The notes below the pieces were generated by a model. The model was not told where the DNA came from and searched no databases. It worked only from the letters and a program-made list of their open reading frames with translations. Made by a program: the position numbers and the translations under genes. Positions 50,481-57,957 of a DNA stretch of 64,000 nucleotides are shown in pieces. Position 1 is the stretch's first letter. Each line of letters starts with the position of its first letter. This stretch comes from Candidatus Bathyarchaeia archaeon. Its GTDB lineage: Archaea > Thermoproteota > Bathyarchaeia > 40CM-2-53-6. The DNA lies in the NCBI GenBank assembly GCA_050013255.1, contig JBEKFP010000001.1, forward strand, positions 128,001 to 192,000, given 5' to 3'.

Positions 50481-51290
50481 ATGATTCGGATCAAGTACTT
50501 TCCCGGGACAACATTTCTGCACAGGTTGGACCCGAGAACCAAATTCCTACTTGTTATTTTATTCATCTTCTCAGAAGTCGCCTTCCTCGACATCAGAATC
50601 TTGCTGTTCCCCTTCACCGCCTCCATCCTTCTCTACCTATCAGCAAGAATTCCTTTCAAAGAAGTGAAAGGAACATGGAGGTTTCTACTTACCATCATTG
50701 TCATCATTTCCTCGGTAAACGCCTTCTTCACATTCTTGGGAGTCTCAGTCCAACACCCCCACATCATCGCGGCGTTCTGGATCTTTAAGTTCACAGTTGA
50801 GGGCATTTTCTTCGCCCTAGCGTCAATCATGCGTTTTCTCTCCTTGGCCATAATTTCGCTTTGTGTGATCATGACGACGGATCCAGGCCTTTACGCTCCA
50901 GCTCTGTCGAAACTTAAGATGCCGTACAAAGGTGCATTCGTCGTGGACCTGGCCTTACGATACTTGCCAGTTTACGTTGATGAATTGGAAACTACGATGA
51001 ACGCTCAGATGGCACGAGGCTTCAAAGTGAAAGCGAGAGGAGGGCTATTCGCCCGTATCCTCAATACAGTTCCGCTGCTCGTCCCGGTTGCAATCAACGC
51101 AATGCTCTCTATTTACGATGTGGCCGACGCCATGGAGCTTCGGGCCTTCGGAGCCGAAAAGAGCCGCACATGGTACCGAACCGTCTCTTTCAAGCCAAGA
51201 GACTATGTATCCACGATCACCCTGTTCTCACTACTCATCCTTGCCATCGTTCTCAGAACAAGAATCACGACATACTGGATCCCCGCCTAG
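50481..51290 (+). CDS. ECF transporter T component
   Basis: LHRLDPRTK; AQMARG; AMELRAF. Confidence 0.92.
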   Translation: MIRIKYFPGTTFLHRLDPRTKFLLVILFIFSEVAFLDIRILLFPFTASILLYLSARIPFKEVKGTWRFLLTIIVIISSVNAFFTFLGVSVQHPHIIAAFWIFKFTVEGIFFALASIMRFLSLAIISLCVIMTTDPGLYAPALSKLKMPYKGAFVVDLALRYLPVYVDELETTMNAQMARGFKVKARGGLFARILNTVPLLVPVAINAMLSIYDVADAMELRAFGAEKSRTWYRTVSFKPRDYVSTITLFSLLILAIVLRTRITTYWIPA

Positions 51291-51393
51291 GCAGACCGGA
51301 ATGTGCCTGCTCCGTTGGAAGCAAAGGATTTTTATTAGCCAAGCCTGCACGTTCCCCATTAGTTAATCCATATGGCATAAACGGGTCCGAAAA

Positions 51394-51774
51394 ATGGAAA
51401 CAGTTTCGCAACCACAGCTCAATTTCACGGAGAAGGCATTGGGTAGGGCGAAGGCAGTGCTGCAGAAGCCTGAGAACGTTGGGAAAGCCCTGAGGGTTTT
51501 TGTTTTCGGGGGCGGTTGCGCGGGCCTCAACTATGGTATGGCTATTGGTTTCGTTAAGGCTGACGATTACGTACTCGAGAGCGATAGCTGCAAGATCGTT
51601 GTCGACCCGAAGAGCATGGAACTATTGAAGGGAATGCAGGTCGACTATTACGAAAGCATTCAATCGTCCGGGTTCAAGTTCAACAACCCGAATGCTATTG
51701 CAAGTTGCGGTTGCGGCCTATCATTCAAAACAGCGCAGAAGACCGAAATGGCGCAAACTAAACCGTGCCACTGA
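51394..51774 (+). CDS. HesB/IscA A-type Fe-S carrier
   Basis: GGGCAGLNY; FKFNNPNA..SCGCGLSF. Confidence 0.92.
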   Translation: METVSQPQLNFTEKALGRAKAVLQKPENVGKALRVFVFGGGCAGLNYGMAIGFVKADDYVLESDSCKIVVDPKSMELLKGMQVDYYESIQSSGFKFNNPNAIASCGCGLSFKTAQKTEMAQTKPCH

Positions 51775-51843
51775 ACGTAGAGGACGCCTTACCGTGTATA
51801 ACATAGGCTAGACAGCTTTTCAAGACTGCCTTATGCCCTTCGG

Positions 51844-52074
51844 CTAAGGGCCCTGTGGCGAGGACACTCGCTTGACGGCCAGTTGTATGTCCTGAGCTTT
51901 CACAGTCTTCCTTCCCGCATGGCGAGCTAGGCCAGTTGCTTCTGTCCCAACCTTGACGGCATAATCCTCCAACATCTTACCCAGCTCCTCGACGGCATCA
52001 TCTCCGACCCTATCAGCTCCGGCCATTTCTATGAGGCGGCGGACTGCAGCCGTGGAAAGCTCTTCAGGAGGCAT
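51844..52074 (-). CDS. Archaeal histone
   Basis: ELSTAAVRRLIEMAGADRV...ARHAGRKTVKAQDIQLA. Confidence 0.93.
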   Translation of the reverse strand: MPPEELSTAAVRRLIEMAGADRVGDDAVEELGKMLEDYAVKVGTEATGLARHAGRKTVKAQDIQLAVKRVSSPQGP

Positions 52075-52274
52075 GAAAGAAACACGATTCTTCACGCGTG
52101 CGGTTCGGAGCTATTAAAACTTGCCCCGTGGGCCTAACACGGCTTGATAGATGCACGTTTTGGATTCTCTGGCTTACATTGAGCGAAACTAACCCTTTTA
52201 TTGTAAAAAACGCCTCGCTTCAACATGCGAAACTCACACATTACAAGTATGAAACCGGAGGGCAGAGAGCCGCC

Positions 52275-53045
52275 TTGAGCTACGCAGACGCCCACCTACA
52301 TTTGGCGGACCCTGGCTTTGCCGGCCGCACAGAACAGGCCATTGATGATGCGACCAAGAACAAGGTGATGCGCCTTCTCTCAAACTCGGTGGATTATGAG
52401 ACGTCAACCCAAACCATAGCCTTAGCGAAACGATACTCCCCGAGGGTTCTCGCGGCCATAGGAGTTCACCCTTCGACGGTCATGAACACAAAAGACCAAC
52501 GTCTGGACGAGTTTCAGAAGCTAGTTGAGGAAAATGCAGGGTACGTTGCCGCAATCGGAGAGGTAGGTCTTGACGGAAAGTATACGCAAGACGAGCAGGT
52601 TAGAAAACGCCAGTTGGAAGTTTTCAGGTTCTTCCTTGGCCTGGCCGAGCGTAGAGGGCTACCAGTCGTAGTCCACTCGAGGATGGCAGTTGATGAAGTG
52701 CTACGAACCTTGCAAGACTTCCGTCTCCCCAAAGTCTTGTTACATTGGTATGATGGGCCGTTAGACAAACTTGAGGTGATTAGAGATAGAGGTTACCTGA
52801 TCTCGATCGGGCCAGCAGTATTCTACTCTCGGGCAATAAGCCAAGTTGCAGCTAACGTAGCATTGGACATGATATCGAGCGAAACCGATGGCCCCGTAAA
52901 ATACCACGGACCTTTCGAAGGCCGGCTCACGCAACCTTCTTTCGTAATAGAAGTGGTACAGAAATTAGCTGAGATTAAGGGCCTCCACATTGACGCAGTG
53001 CGAGAAGCGGTCTGGAGCAATTTCCAAAAACTCATTCCGCAATAG
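52275..53045 (+). CDS. tatD: TatD family hydrolase
   Basis: DAHLHL; GVHP; AIGEVGLD; VVHSR; LHWY; ETDGP; start trimmed to TTG 52275. Confidence 0.92.
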   Translation: MSYADAHLHLADPGFAGRTEQAIDDATKNKVMRLLSNSVDYETSTQTIALAKRYSPRVLAAIGVHPSTVMNTKDQRLDEFQKLVEENAGYVAAIGEVGLDGKYTQDEQVRKRQLEVFRFFLGLAERRGLPVVVHSRMAVDEVLRTLQDFRLPKVLLHWYDGPLDKLEVIRDRGYLISIGPAVFYSRAISQVAANVALDMISSETDGPVKYHGPFEGRLTQPSFVIEVVQKLAEIKGLHIDAVREAVWSNFQKLIPQ

Positions 53046-53067
53046 GACTGTACAGTTCCCGCATTAG

Positions 53068-53105
53068 GGATCTGCCAAACTATCTCTCGTATTCTTGGCA
53101 GAATC
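53068..53105. mobile_element. 38-bp internally deleted IS6-like remnant (unit A)
   Basis: GGATCTGCCAAA...TTGGCAGAATC; right end reads GATTCTGCCAAGAATACGAGAGATA, resembling unit C end GGTTCTGTCAAAAGTACGGGAGATA. Confidence 0.75.
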
Positions 53106-53157
53106 CGCATTAGGGCTCTGTAAAGTCTGCATCGGTTATTGCACTTTGAATATGGCT

Positions 53158-53292
53158 ATGAAGAAAATGATGATATCCGTATCCGACGACATGCTCAAAG
53201 CACTAGAAGCAGAACGCAAGGCACGAAAGTTAGAGACAGTACCAGAAGCCGTAAGAGCCGTGCTTGGAGAATACTTCAAGACGAAGCAATAA
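53158..53292 (+). CDS. Ribbon-helix-helix protein (unit B)
   Basis: MKKMMISVSDDMLKALEAERKARKLETVPEAVRAVLGEYFK. Confidence 0.75.
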   Translation: MKKMMISVSDDMLKALEAERKARKLETVPEAVRAVLGEYFKTKQ

Positions 53293-53304
53293 GAGGGGTT
53301 AAGG

Positions 53305-54090
53305 ACGGTCAGAAGAAGCCGATTCTTAGCACTTGCCATTATCTTTTGGCTAGCGTCAATAGGCTCCTTAGTAGTGGGAGCAGGGACGAACCCTGACCTC
53401 ATCTCTGGAGTCTCTTCGTTCTTGGTACGTGTGGGTTGGAGCAAACCTCCACTCATACCACTTGTTGAGTACTCTTCATCGATACAATTCACGCTTCCTC
53501 CATCGGTTCCCACTACTCCCATAGAGCCAGTAACCATGAAAGTTACACTGAGAGGAGAGGCTATTGTGGACAACGCGCCATTGACGATGATTGTAGACGC
53601 TCCAATCTCGGTCTTTGCAAAAGGAAATTGGACAATTGGCCCGACGATGGTAACTCCTGATAATGCACGCCCAGTTTCGTCTGGTATGCCTTCAACGCAA
53701 TTGAACTTGCGCTGGTGGACCACTGATGAATATGGTACCGAAATGTGGAATGGAACTGAGACATTCGAACTCACAACCTTTGGGGTCTTTGGTGTCACTA
53801 TTGGGATGTACATTGACCCTAGTCCACCAATGCGAGACTTTGAGAGTAGGACGGGTAAGTATGTAGGGTATGGTGGATACCTAACCATACACAACTCAAC
53901 AAAAATTATCGTTAATTCATCGGAAGTTAATGCCGCCGAACTAAGTGCGGAAAGAGCGATAGCGACAGGAAATAGTTTAGCATGGTTCATCATTTTCTTT
54001 GCCTCGCTTGATATTGGGTTTAGATTTTACGATTACAGTTCTGATGAAAAGGAGAATCATAGATGCGAACGCGAACCCGAAGAACCCTAA
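53305..54090 (+). CDS. Membrane-anchored/exported hypothetical protein (unit B cargo)
   Basis: Signal anchor VRRSRFLALAIIFWLASIGSLVV upstream of GTG 53374; C-terminal TM; start inferred at ACG 53305. Confidence 0.6.
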   Translation, partial: TVRRSRFLALAIIFWLASIGSLVVGAGTNPDLISGVSSFLVRVGWSKPPLIPLVEYSSSIQFTLPPSVPTTPIEPVTMKVTLRGEAIVDNAPLTMIVDAPISVFAKGNWTIGPTMVTPDNARPVSSGMPSTQLNLRWWTTDEYGTEMWNGTETFELTTFGVFGVTIGMYIDPSPPMRDFESRTGKYVGYGGYLTIHNSTKIIVNSSEVNAAELSAERAIATGNSLAWFIIFFASLDIGFRFYDYSSDEKENHRCEREPEEP

Positions 54091-54276
54091 GAATAAGCCA
54101 CCGCATGCCAGTTCGAGCCAAACATGAGACTGAAGGAATTCCTCGTTCATACTAAGGAATCCCATTATGATAAGAGTCCAGATAATACCGCTTAAGGGCA
54201 CGAAAAACCCGAATATCACCCAGTCTTCGTCACTTATGCTCACTATACGCGCCCTGATTTGAGAGAGGCGAACCAT
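53977..54276 (-). CDS. Small two-TM membrane protein (unit B cargo)
   Basis: Two hydrophobic segments; 3' end overlaps the convergent ORF. Confidence 0.5.
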   Translation of the reverse strand: MVRLSQIRARIVSISDEDWVIFGFFVPLSGIIWTLIIMGFLSMNEEFLQSHVWLELACGGLFLGFFGFAFASMILLFIRTVIVKSKPNIKRGKENDEPC

Positions 54277-54423
54277 CTCTCAGTTCGCCACGTAACCGAC
54301 GGTTCTTGACAACGGTAAAAATTGGAAGCGTCGGAACCAACCGCCGCCAACTTGACAGCGTCCGCATCAGGGTTCTGTCAAAAGTACGGGAGATAAATTC
54401 GCCTGTAAAGTCGCGGGAGATGC

Positions 54424-54744
54424 CTAACTTGATTTCCGCAATTTTTCAGTGATTATTCTAACGATTTCTCCCTTATCGAGTTGAACTTCCGTTCTTTCCA
54501 CGGTGATTTTAGCTCGATTATCTGTTTTCAATTTGTCGTACAACCAATTGGTGAATAGACCAATCGCCACTTGGCTGGATATAGTCAAGATGACTTGCGT
54601 TATCAGTAGTGCTTCTTCACTGTCCGCCCCTGAACTTAGCCCAAATCGGGCACTAACTGTTCCGCTAAAGATTTTCTTGTCATTAATTTCGCTGTAGATT
54701 TCTGAGGCTAATTTGAAGTCATGCGTTACCAAAACGATTTCCAT
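54424..54744 (-). CDS. Hypothetical protein (unit C cargo)
   Basis: 106 aa with hydrophobic helix ending IGLFTNWLYDKLK. Confidence 0.7.
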   Translation of the reverse strand: MEIVLVTHDFKLASEIYSEINDKKIFSGTVSARFGLSSGADSEEALLITQVILTISSQVAIGLFTNWLYDKLKTDNRAKITVERTEVQLDKGEIVRIITEKLRKSS

Positions 54745-54850
54745 AAAAGGAGAACTCTAACCTATCCTCTTATGACTTGCGTTCTGGGGTAACGCGTCGT
54801 TGTTGTTTGGTATGGGAAGGCGCGGCAAAGCGTTTGGTGGGGTTTTGAGG

Positions 54851-55297
54851 CTACTTTTCGAGAGTTGGTTTGTATCCCAGAATGTCAGGTTTGAACAAGC
54901 CTGATAGAAGGTTCCAGAAGGATAGGTATTGATGGCGAATCTTGTCATAGTCAGCTCTTATGATTCTTACGAAGTCATCCTGCCGATTTCCCACGAAGGC
55001 ATCCTCTGATGGTTTGGTCGCCAAAATATATCCGACATAGAAGTGGTGAAGGTTACGACTCATGAGATAATTCTTCTGATGAAGTAATTCGAGTAAGTCA
55101 TGATAATCCTGTTCCCCATGTTTCGGAAAGTGCTCTCTATCACTAAACCACGCATAGCGAAGAAGCGGAGAATACAGGCCGTCTAGCCGTTTCTCAATCG
55201 TCCTATGTCTTTGATTTAACGCTCCGACAAGGAGCGCGAACACGGCCACTATTAGAGCGGTAAGAATAGGGATTACTGTGCTAACGTTTTGGTCCAT
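54851..55297 (-). CDS. N-terminally membrane-anchored hypothetical protein (unit C cargo)
   Basis: MDQNVSTVIPILTALIVAVFALLVGAL...RLDGLYSPL; overlaps the transposase stop. Confidence 0.65.
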   Translation of the reverse strand: MDQNVSTVIPILTALIVAVFALLVGALNQRHRTIEKRLDGLYSPLLRYAWFSDREHFPKHGEQDYHDLLELLHQKNYLMSRNLHHFYVGYILATKPSEDAFVGNRQDDFVRIIRADYDKIRHQYLSFWNLLSGLFKPDILGYKPTLEK

Positions 55298-56429
55298 TTT
55301 GCTTCGAGGCATTCTGTATGATGGTCAGCCATTTGTCTTGCCCTTTGACCTCGATTCCCGCAACTTCTGAGGGTGTTTTCCCGTCTAGGGCTTCGTGTGG
55401 ACGAATGTAGTTATGGTAGATTTGTAGCCCTGTTAGGATTGGGCCGTCTGGTTTCTTGAGGTTTCTAGTTACTCTCTCGCGGTCGCGGATTTCTCCGTTC
55501 ATGCGTTCCATCTTGTTATTGTTGTGCTGTCCTGCCAAAGTGATTTGTCGAATGTGTACGGTGCTGTCGGATAGCTTGTTGGTTCGGAACTCTTTGAGCC
55601 ATGCATCGTGGTAAGAGCGTAGTCCGTCTGTGATTAGGATTTGCGGTTTCTTTCCTGCTCTATCCTTTGCCATTTGGAACAAGTGCCGTGCGTCATGTGT
55701 ATCTTTCGTGTCTGCTACTTCTTGTGCTATCCAGAATCTTGTCTCGTCGTCCATCATAGCGAAAACGTACTTCATGTTCCCGTGAAACTTCATGTAGAGC
55801 TCATCAGCCCGCCAAGTATCCGAAACTTGTGGCGTTATCTTGTCTAGGTACTTCTCCATCAGAGCCGTGTATCGCTTAATCCAGTTGTAGATTGTCTGGT
55901 GAGATACTTCCACGCCTTGAAGTCGCAAGAACTTCTTCGTGTTCCGTAGGCTCTCACCTGTGAAGTAGAGTTGAAGTGCGCTTGTCACGATTTGTGGTGT
56001 GGCTTTCAATCGCTCGAAACCTAGGTTCCTCACGAAGCGTTTTCCACAATTTTTGCATGTGAAGCGTTGAATGTCTCCGTTCTTGTTGTGTCGTAACCCA
56101 TCTCGAACTAATGTTTGCGAATCGCAGTAGAGGCATTTTGTTATGTCGAGAGGTCTGATTACTACTTGGTTGCTGACTTCGGCTCGTAATGCTTGCGAGA
56201 ATTCGACAGCCCAAATATGCTTACACTTAACCTCACGATAGATATGGTCGGGGCAACTGCAACGCCAAGCACGAAGATGATTATCCTTAACGACGGTGTA
56301 GAGGCCGTGTCCCGCTTGAGATTTGACCTGATAGGTTCCGTCGTCTAGCCGTGCGATTTGGCCTTCTAGCTTACAAATTTGTTGACCTCGCATTACTCGG
56401 CCTTCATCTATTTCACGTCTGAACGGCAT
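55281..56429 (-). CDS. IS6-like DDE transposase with N-terminal SWIM finger and Zn ribbon
   Basis: CSCPDHIYREVKCKH (SWIM); CLYC...CKNC; HTH SLR...VSHQTIYNWI; WRADE / ITDG / NNKMERMNG (DDE); YHNYIRPHEAL.GKTP. Confidence 0.92.
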   Translation of the reverse strand: MPFRREIDEGRVMRGQQICKLEGQIARLDDGTYQVKSQAGHGLYTVVKDNHLRAWRCSCPDHIYREVKCKHIWAVEFSQALRAEVSNQVVIRPLDITKCLYCDSQTLVRDGLRHNKNGDIQRFTCKNCGKRFVRNLGFERLKATPQIVTSALQLYFTGESLRNTKKFLRLQGVEVSHQTIYNWIKRYTALMEKYLDKITPQVSDTWRADELYMKFHGNMKYVFAMMDDETRFWIAQEVADTKDTHDARHLFQMAKDRAGKKPQILITDGLRSYHDAWLKEFRTNKLSDSTVHIRQITLAGQHNNNKMERMNGEIRDRERVTRNLKKPDGPILTGLQIYHNYIRPHEALDGKTPSEVAGIEVKGQDKWLTIIQNASKQNGPKR

Positions 56430-56439
56430 CTCAATCCCT

Positions 56440-56493
56440 GCCACAATATTGTGGCGTAACCCAAATATAAGCCTTGCCACTATATTGTGGCAA
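56440..56493. promoter_or_regulatory. Paired palindromic operators around a divergent promoter
   Basis: GCCACAATATTGTGGC (56440-56455, perfect) and TTGCCACTATATTGTGGCAA (56474-56493) flanking AAATATAAG. Confidence 0.75.
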
Positions 56494-56690
56494 TGGTGAT
56501 AAGAACGGTAAGAAAAGAAATTCTCGGTCAATCCGAACGTAGGATACTCGAAGCTTACCTGAAAGGCGAACGACTCAAAGGGTACAATACACTTCTATGG
56601 CGAATCCGTACTATCGGTCTTAGAGCAATCATAGAAGGTTGTGAGAAAGACATAGCACTGCTAAGGAAACTCGCACAAAAACTATCCTAA
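56493..56690 (+). CDS. Small basic helical protein divergent from the transposase (putative repressor)
   Basis: MVIRTVRKEILGQSERRILEAYLKGERLKGYNTLLWRIR...; start overlaps the second operator. Confidence 0.7.
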   Translation: MVIRTVRKEILGQSERRILEAYLKGERLKGYNTLLWRIRTIGLRAIIEGCEKDIALLRKLAQKLS

Positions 56691-56960
56691 ATGCAAAACG
56701 ACGACTAAGATTAGTAACCCCAAGTAAAGCAAGGGAAGGATAAGCAAAACCGCTACAAGTGCTACCTGCTTCCAACTCTCTCCTTCCCCTAGAATGAACC
56801 ACGCACCAGCAATAAATGGGGGGATTGTCAGAACAACAAGAATTGTCTCTTCTACAGACAATCGAAAGAACCCTACGTCGAAGGTGAAGAACCAGAACAG
56901 GTATGCATAGAGAGCGAGCAACACCATTACTGGTATAGATTGAAGTACGCCTTTGGCCAC
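56682..56960 (-). CDS. Three-TM membrane protein (unit C cargo)
   Basis: Very hydrophobic, 92 aa; abuts the upstream ORF. Confidence 0.65.
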   Translation of the reverse strand: MAKGVLQSIPVMVLLALYAYLFWFFTFDVGFFRLSVEETILVVLTIPPFIAGAWFILGEGESWKQVALVAVLLILPLLYLGLLILVVVLHLG

Positions 56961-57446
56961 CTAGTTCCCCTCACGGTCAACTAATAGAATTAGCTGGGCA
57001 TTGTAGCCTACTGCAATCAGAAAACCGAACAATGCCACGGCGAATAATATCCCTTCCCAACCCGAAGTATTTTGCGGAGATATGATGCCGTTGTCTATGC
57101 TTAGTCTAATGAGGATGGAACCTAGAAAGACCAAGCCTGCGAAGAGGTAGAATTGAAATGCTAAATCTAGCCGTTTGGCGGGTTCTAAAGCGGTTACGCG
57201 ATAGTCGGACATGCTGAAGATTTGGTTCTCTATTGTACGAATTTGTCTTGAACTGGCTCGTTTTAGCAGTTTTCTAACTTTCGCTCTACCTGTTCTGATT
57301 CGTTTTTCCTTAATCTTCCTAAGATTTGCTGAATACCTATGATGGACATCAAAACCGAGTCCCAAACTTAATGCCATCAGTGTAAGCGATACCCACCATA
57401 GCTCAGCGGCCATCGAGAAATCAGGAAAAGGAATCATCGATTGCAT
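56961..57446 (-). CDS. Membrane protein (unit C cargo)
   Basis: TM, basic linker, then two TM segments. Confidence 0.65.
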   Translation of the reverse strand: MQSMIPFPDFSMAAELWWVSLTLMALSLGLGFDVHHRYSANLRKIKEKRIRTGRAKVRKLLKRASSRQIRTIENQIFSMSDYRVTALEPAKRLDLAFQFYLFAGLVFLGSILIRLSIDNGIISPQNTSGWEGILFAVALFGFLIAVGYNAQLILLVDREGN

Positions 57447-57514
57447 ATTTGTTGTTTGCTATCTCCCGAACTTGACACAAGAAAAATCTCCCGCTCGTTT
57501 GACAGAACCCGCAT

Positions 57515-57528
57515 CAGCAAAGTTTATG
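57515..57528 (+). promoter_or_regulatory. Putative BRE/TATA of rps17e
   Basis: CAGCAAAG-TTTATG, TATA-like element ~45 nt upstream of the TTG start. Confidence 0.5.
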
Positions 57529-57570
57529 TTGAGTGCGCTTTGCTCTTGGTTCGATTCAGAGCTGTTAGGT

Positions 57571-57822
57571 TTGGGGAAAGTTCGCACTGATACAGTGAAG
57601 CGAGTTTCTAGGGAGGTACTTAGAAGATTCCCCGAACGTTTCGCTGGAGACTGGGAATCCGACAAGCAGGCCGTTAGTGACTTGGTGTCTACGCAGTCTA
57701 AACGCTTGCGTAACAGGATAGCAGGGTACGTGACAAGGCTGAAGGTTGTCGAAGCGGAACGCGCGGCCGCCACTGAGGTTGCCGCTGAGGCTCCCGAAGC
57801 AACGGAACCAGACGAAGAATGA
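57571..57822 (+). CDS. rps17e: 30S ribosomal protein S17e
   Basis: MGKVRTDTVKR...SKRLRNRIAGYVTRL. Confidence 0.95.
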   Translation: MGKVRTDTVKRVSREVLRRFPERFAGDWESDKQAVSDLVSTQSKRLRNRIAGYVTRLKVVEAERAAATEVAAEAPEATEPDEE

Positions 57823-57957
57823 GGCAATAGCCTCATCCCCAATTCTATTTCCTTGCGGGAAACACTAAAAGGGCAGTCTATGCTCTCCCGAACGAAAATT
57901 CGAATTACCCCGCAATGGGCGCAGGAAACAAATTCCGCTGGATAAGGTTGAGACGTA

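Larger units (their letters stand above)
53114..54362. mobile_element. Non-autonomous IS6-like unit B (1249 bp) with cargo
   Basis: Ends GGCTCTGTAAAG / CTTGACAGCGTC; subterminal TGT(C/A)AAG-N6-7-CGGTT motifs; no transposase. Confidence 0.75.
54371..57509. mobile_element. Apparently intact IS6-like transposon (unit C, 3139 bp) with passenger genes
   Basis: TIR GGTTCTGTCAAA perfect 12/12 (21/24 extended to CGGGAGAT); inner repeats 54403-54421 and 57459-57478; identical 8-bp flanks CGCATCAG. Confidence 0.92.
53038..57517. mobile_element. Tandem array of four IS6-like units at one 8-bp target site
   Basis: Target copies at 53038-45 CGCAATAG, 53060-67 CGCATTAG, 53106-13 CGCATTAG, 54363-70 CGCATCAG, 57510-17 CGCATCAG; each interval bounded by G(G)NNCTGY-type inverted ends. 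Confidence 0.85.

Noticed and set aside
53038-53113. Short repeats with spacers resembling a mini CRISPR array
   Set aside because: Repeats are only 8 bp, spacer lengths are unequal, the spacers are transposon ends, and there are no cas genes; interpreted as target duplications.
53136-53993. 285-aa minus-strand ORF
   Set aside because: Antisense shadow of the RHH and membrane-protein genes, which have more protein-like features.
57472-57570. rps17e extension starting inside the transposon end
   Set aside because: The conserved S17e start is MGKVR at 57571; the extension crosses the TIR and promoter.
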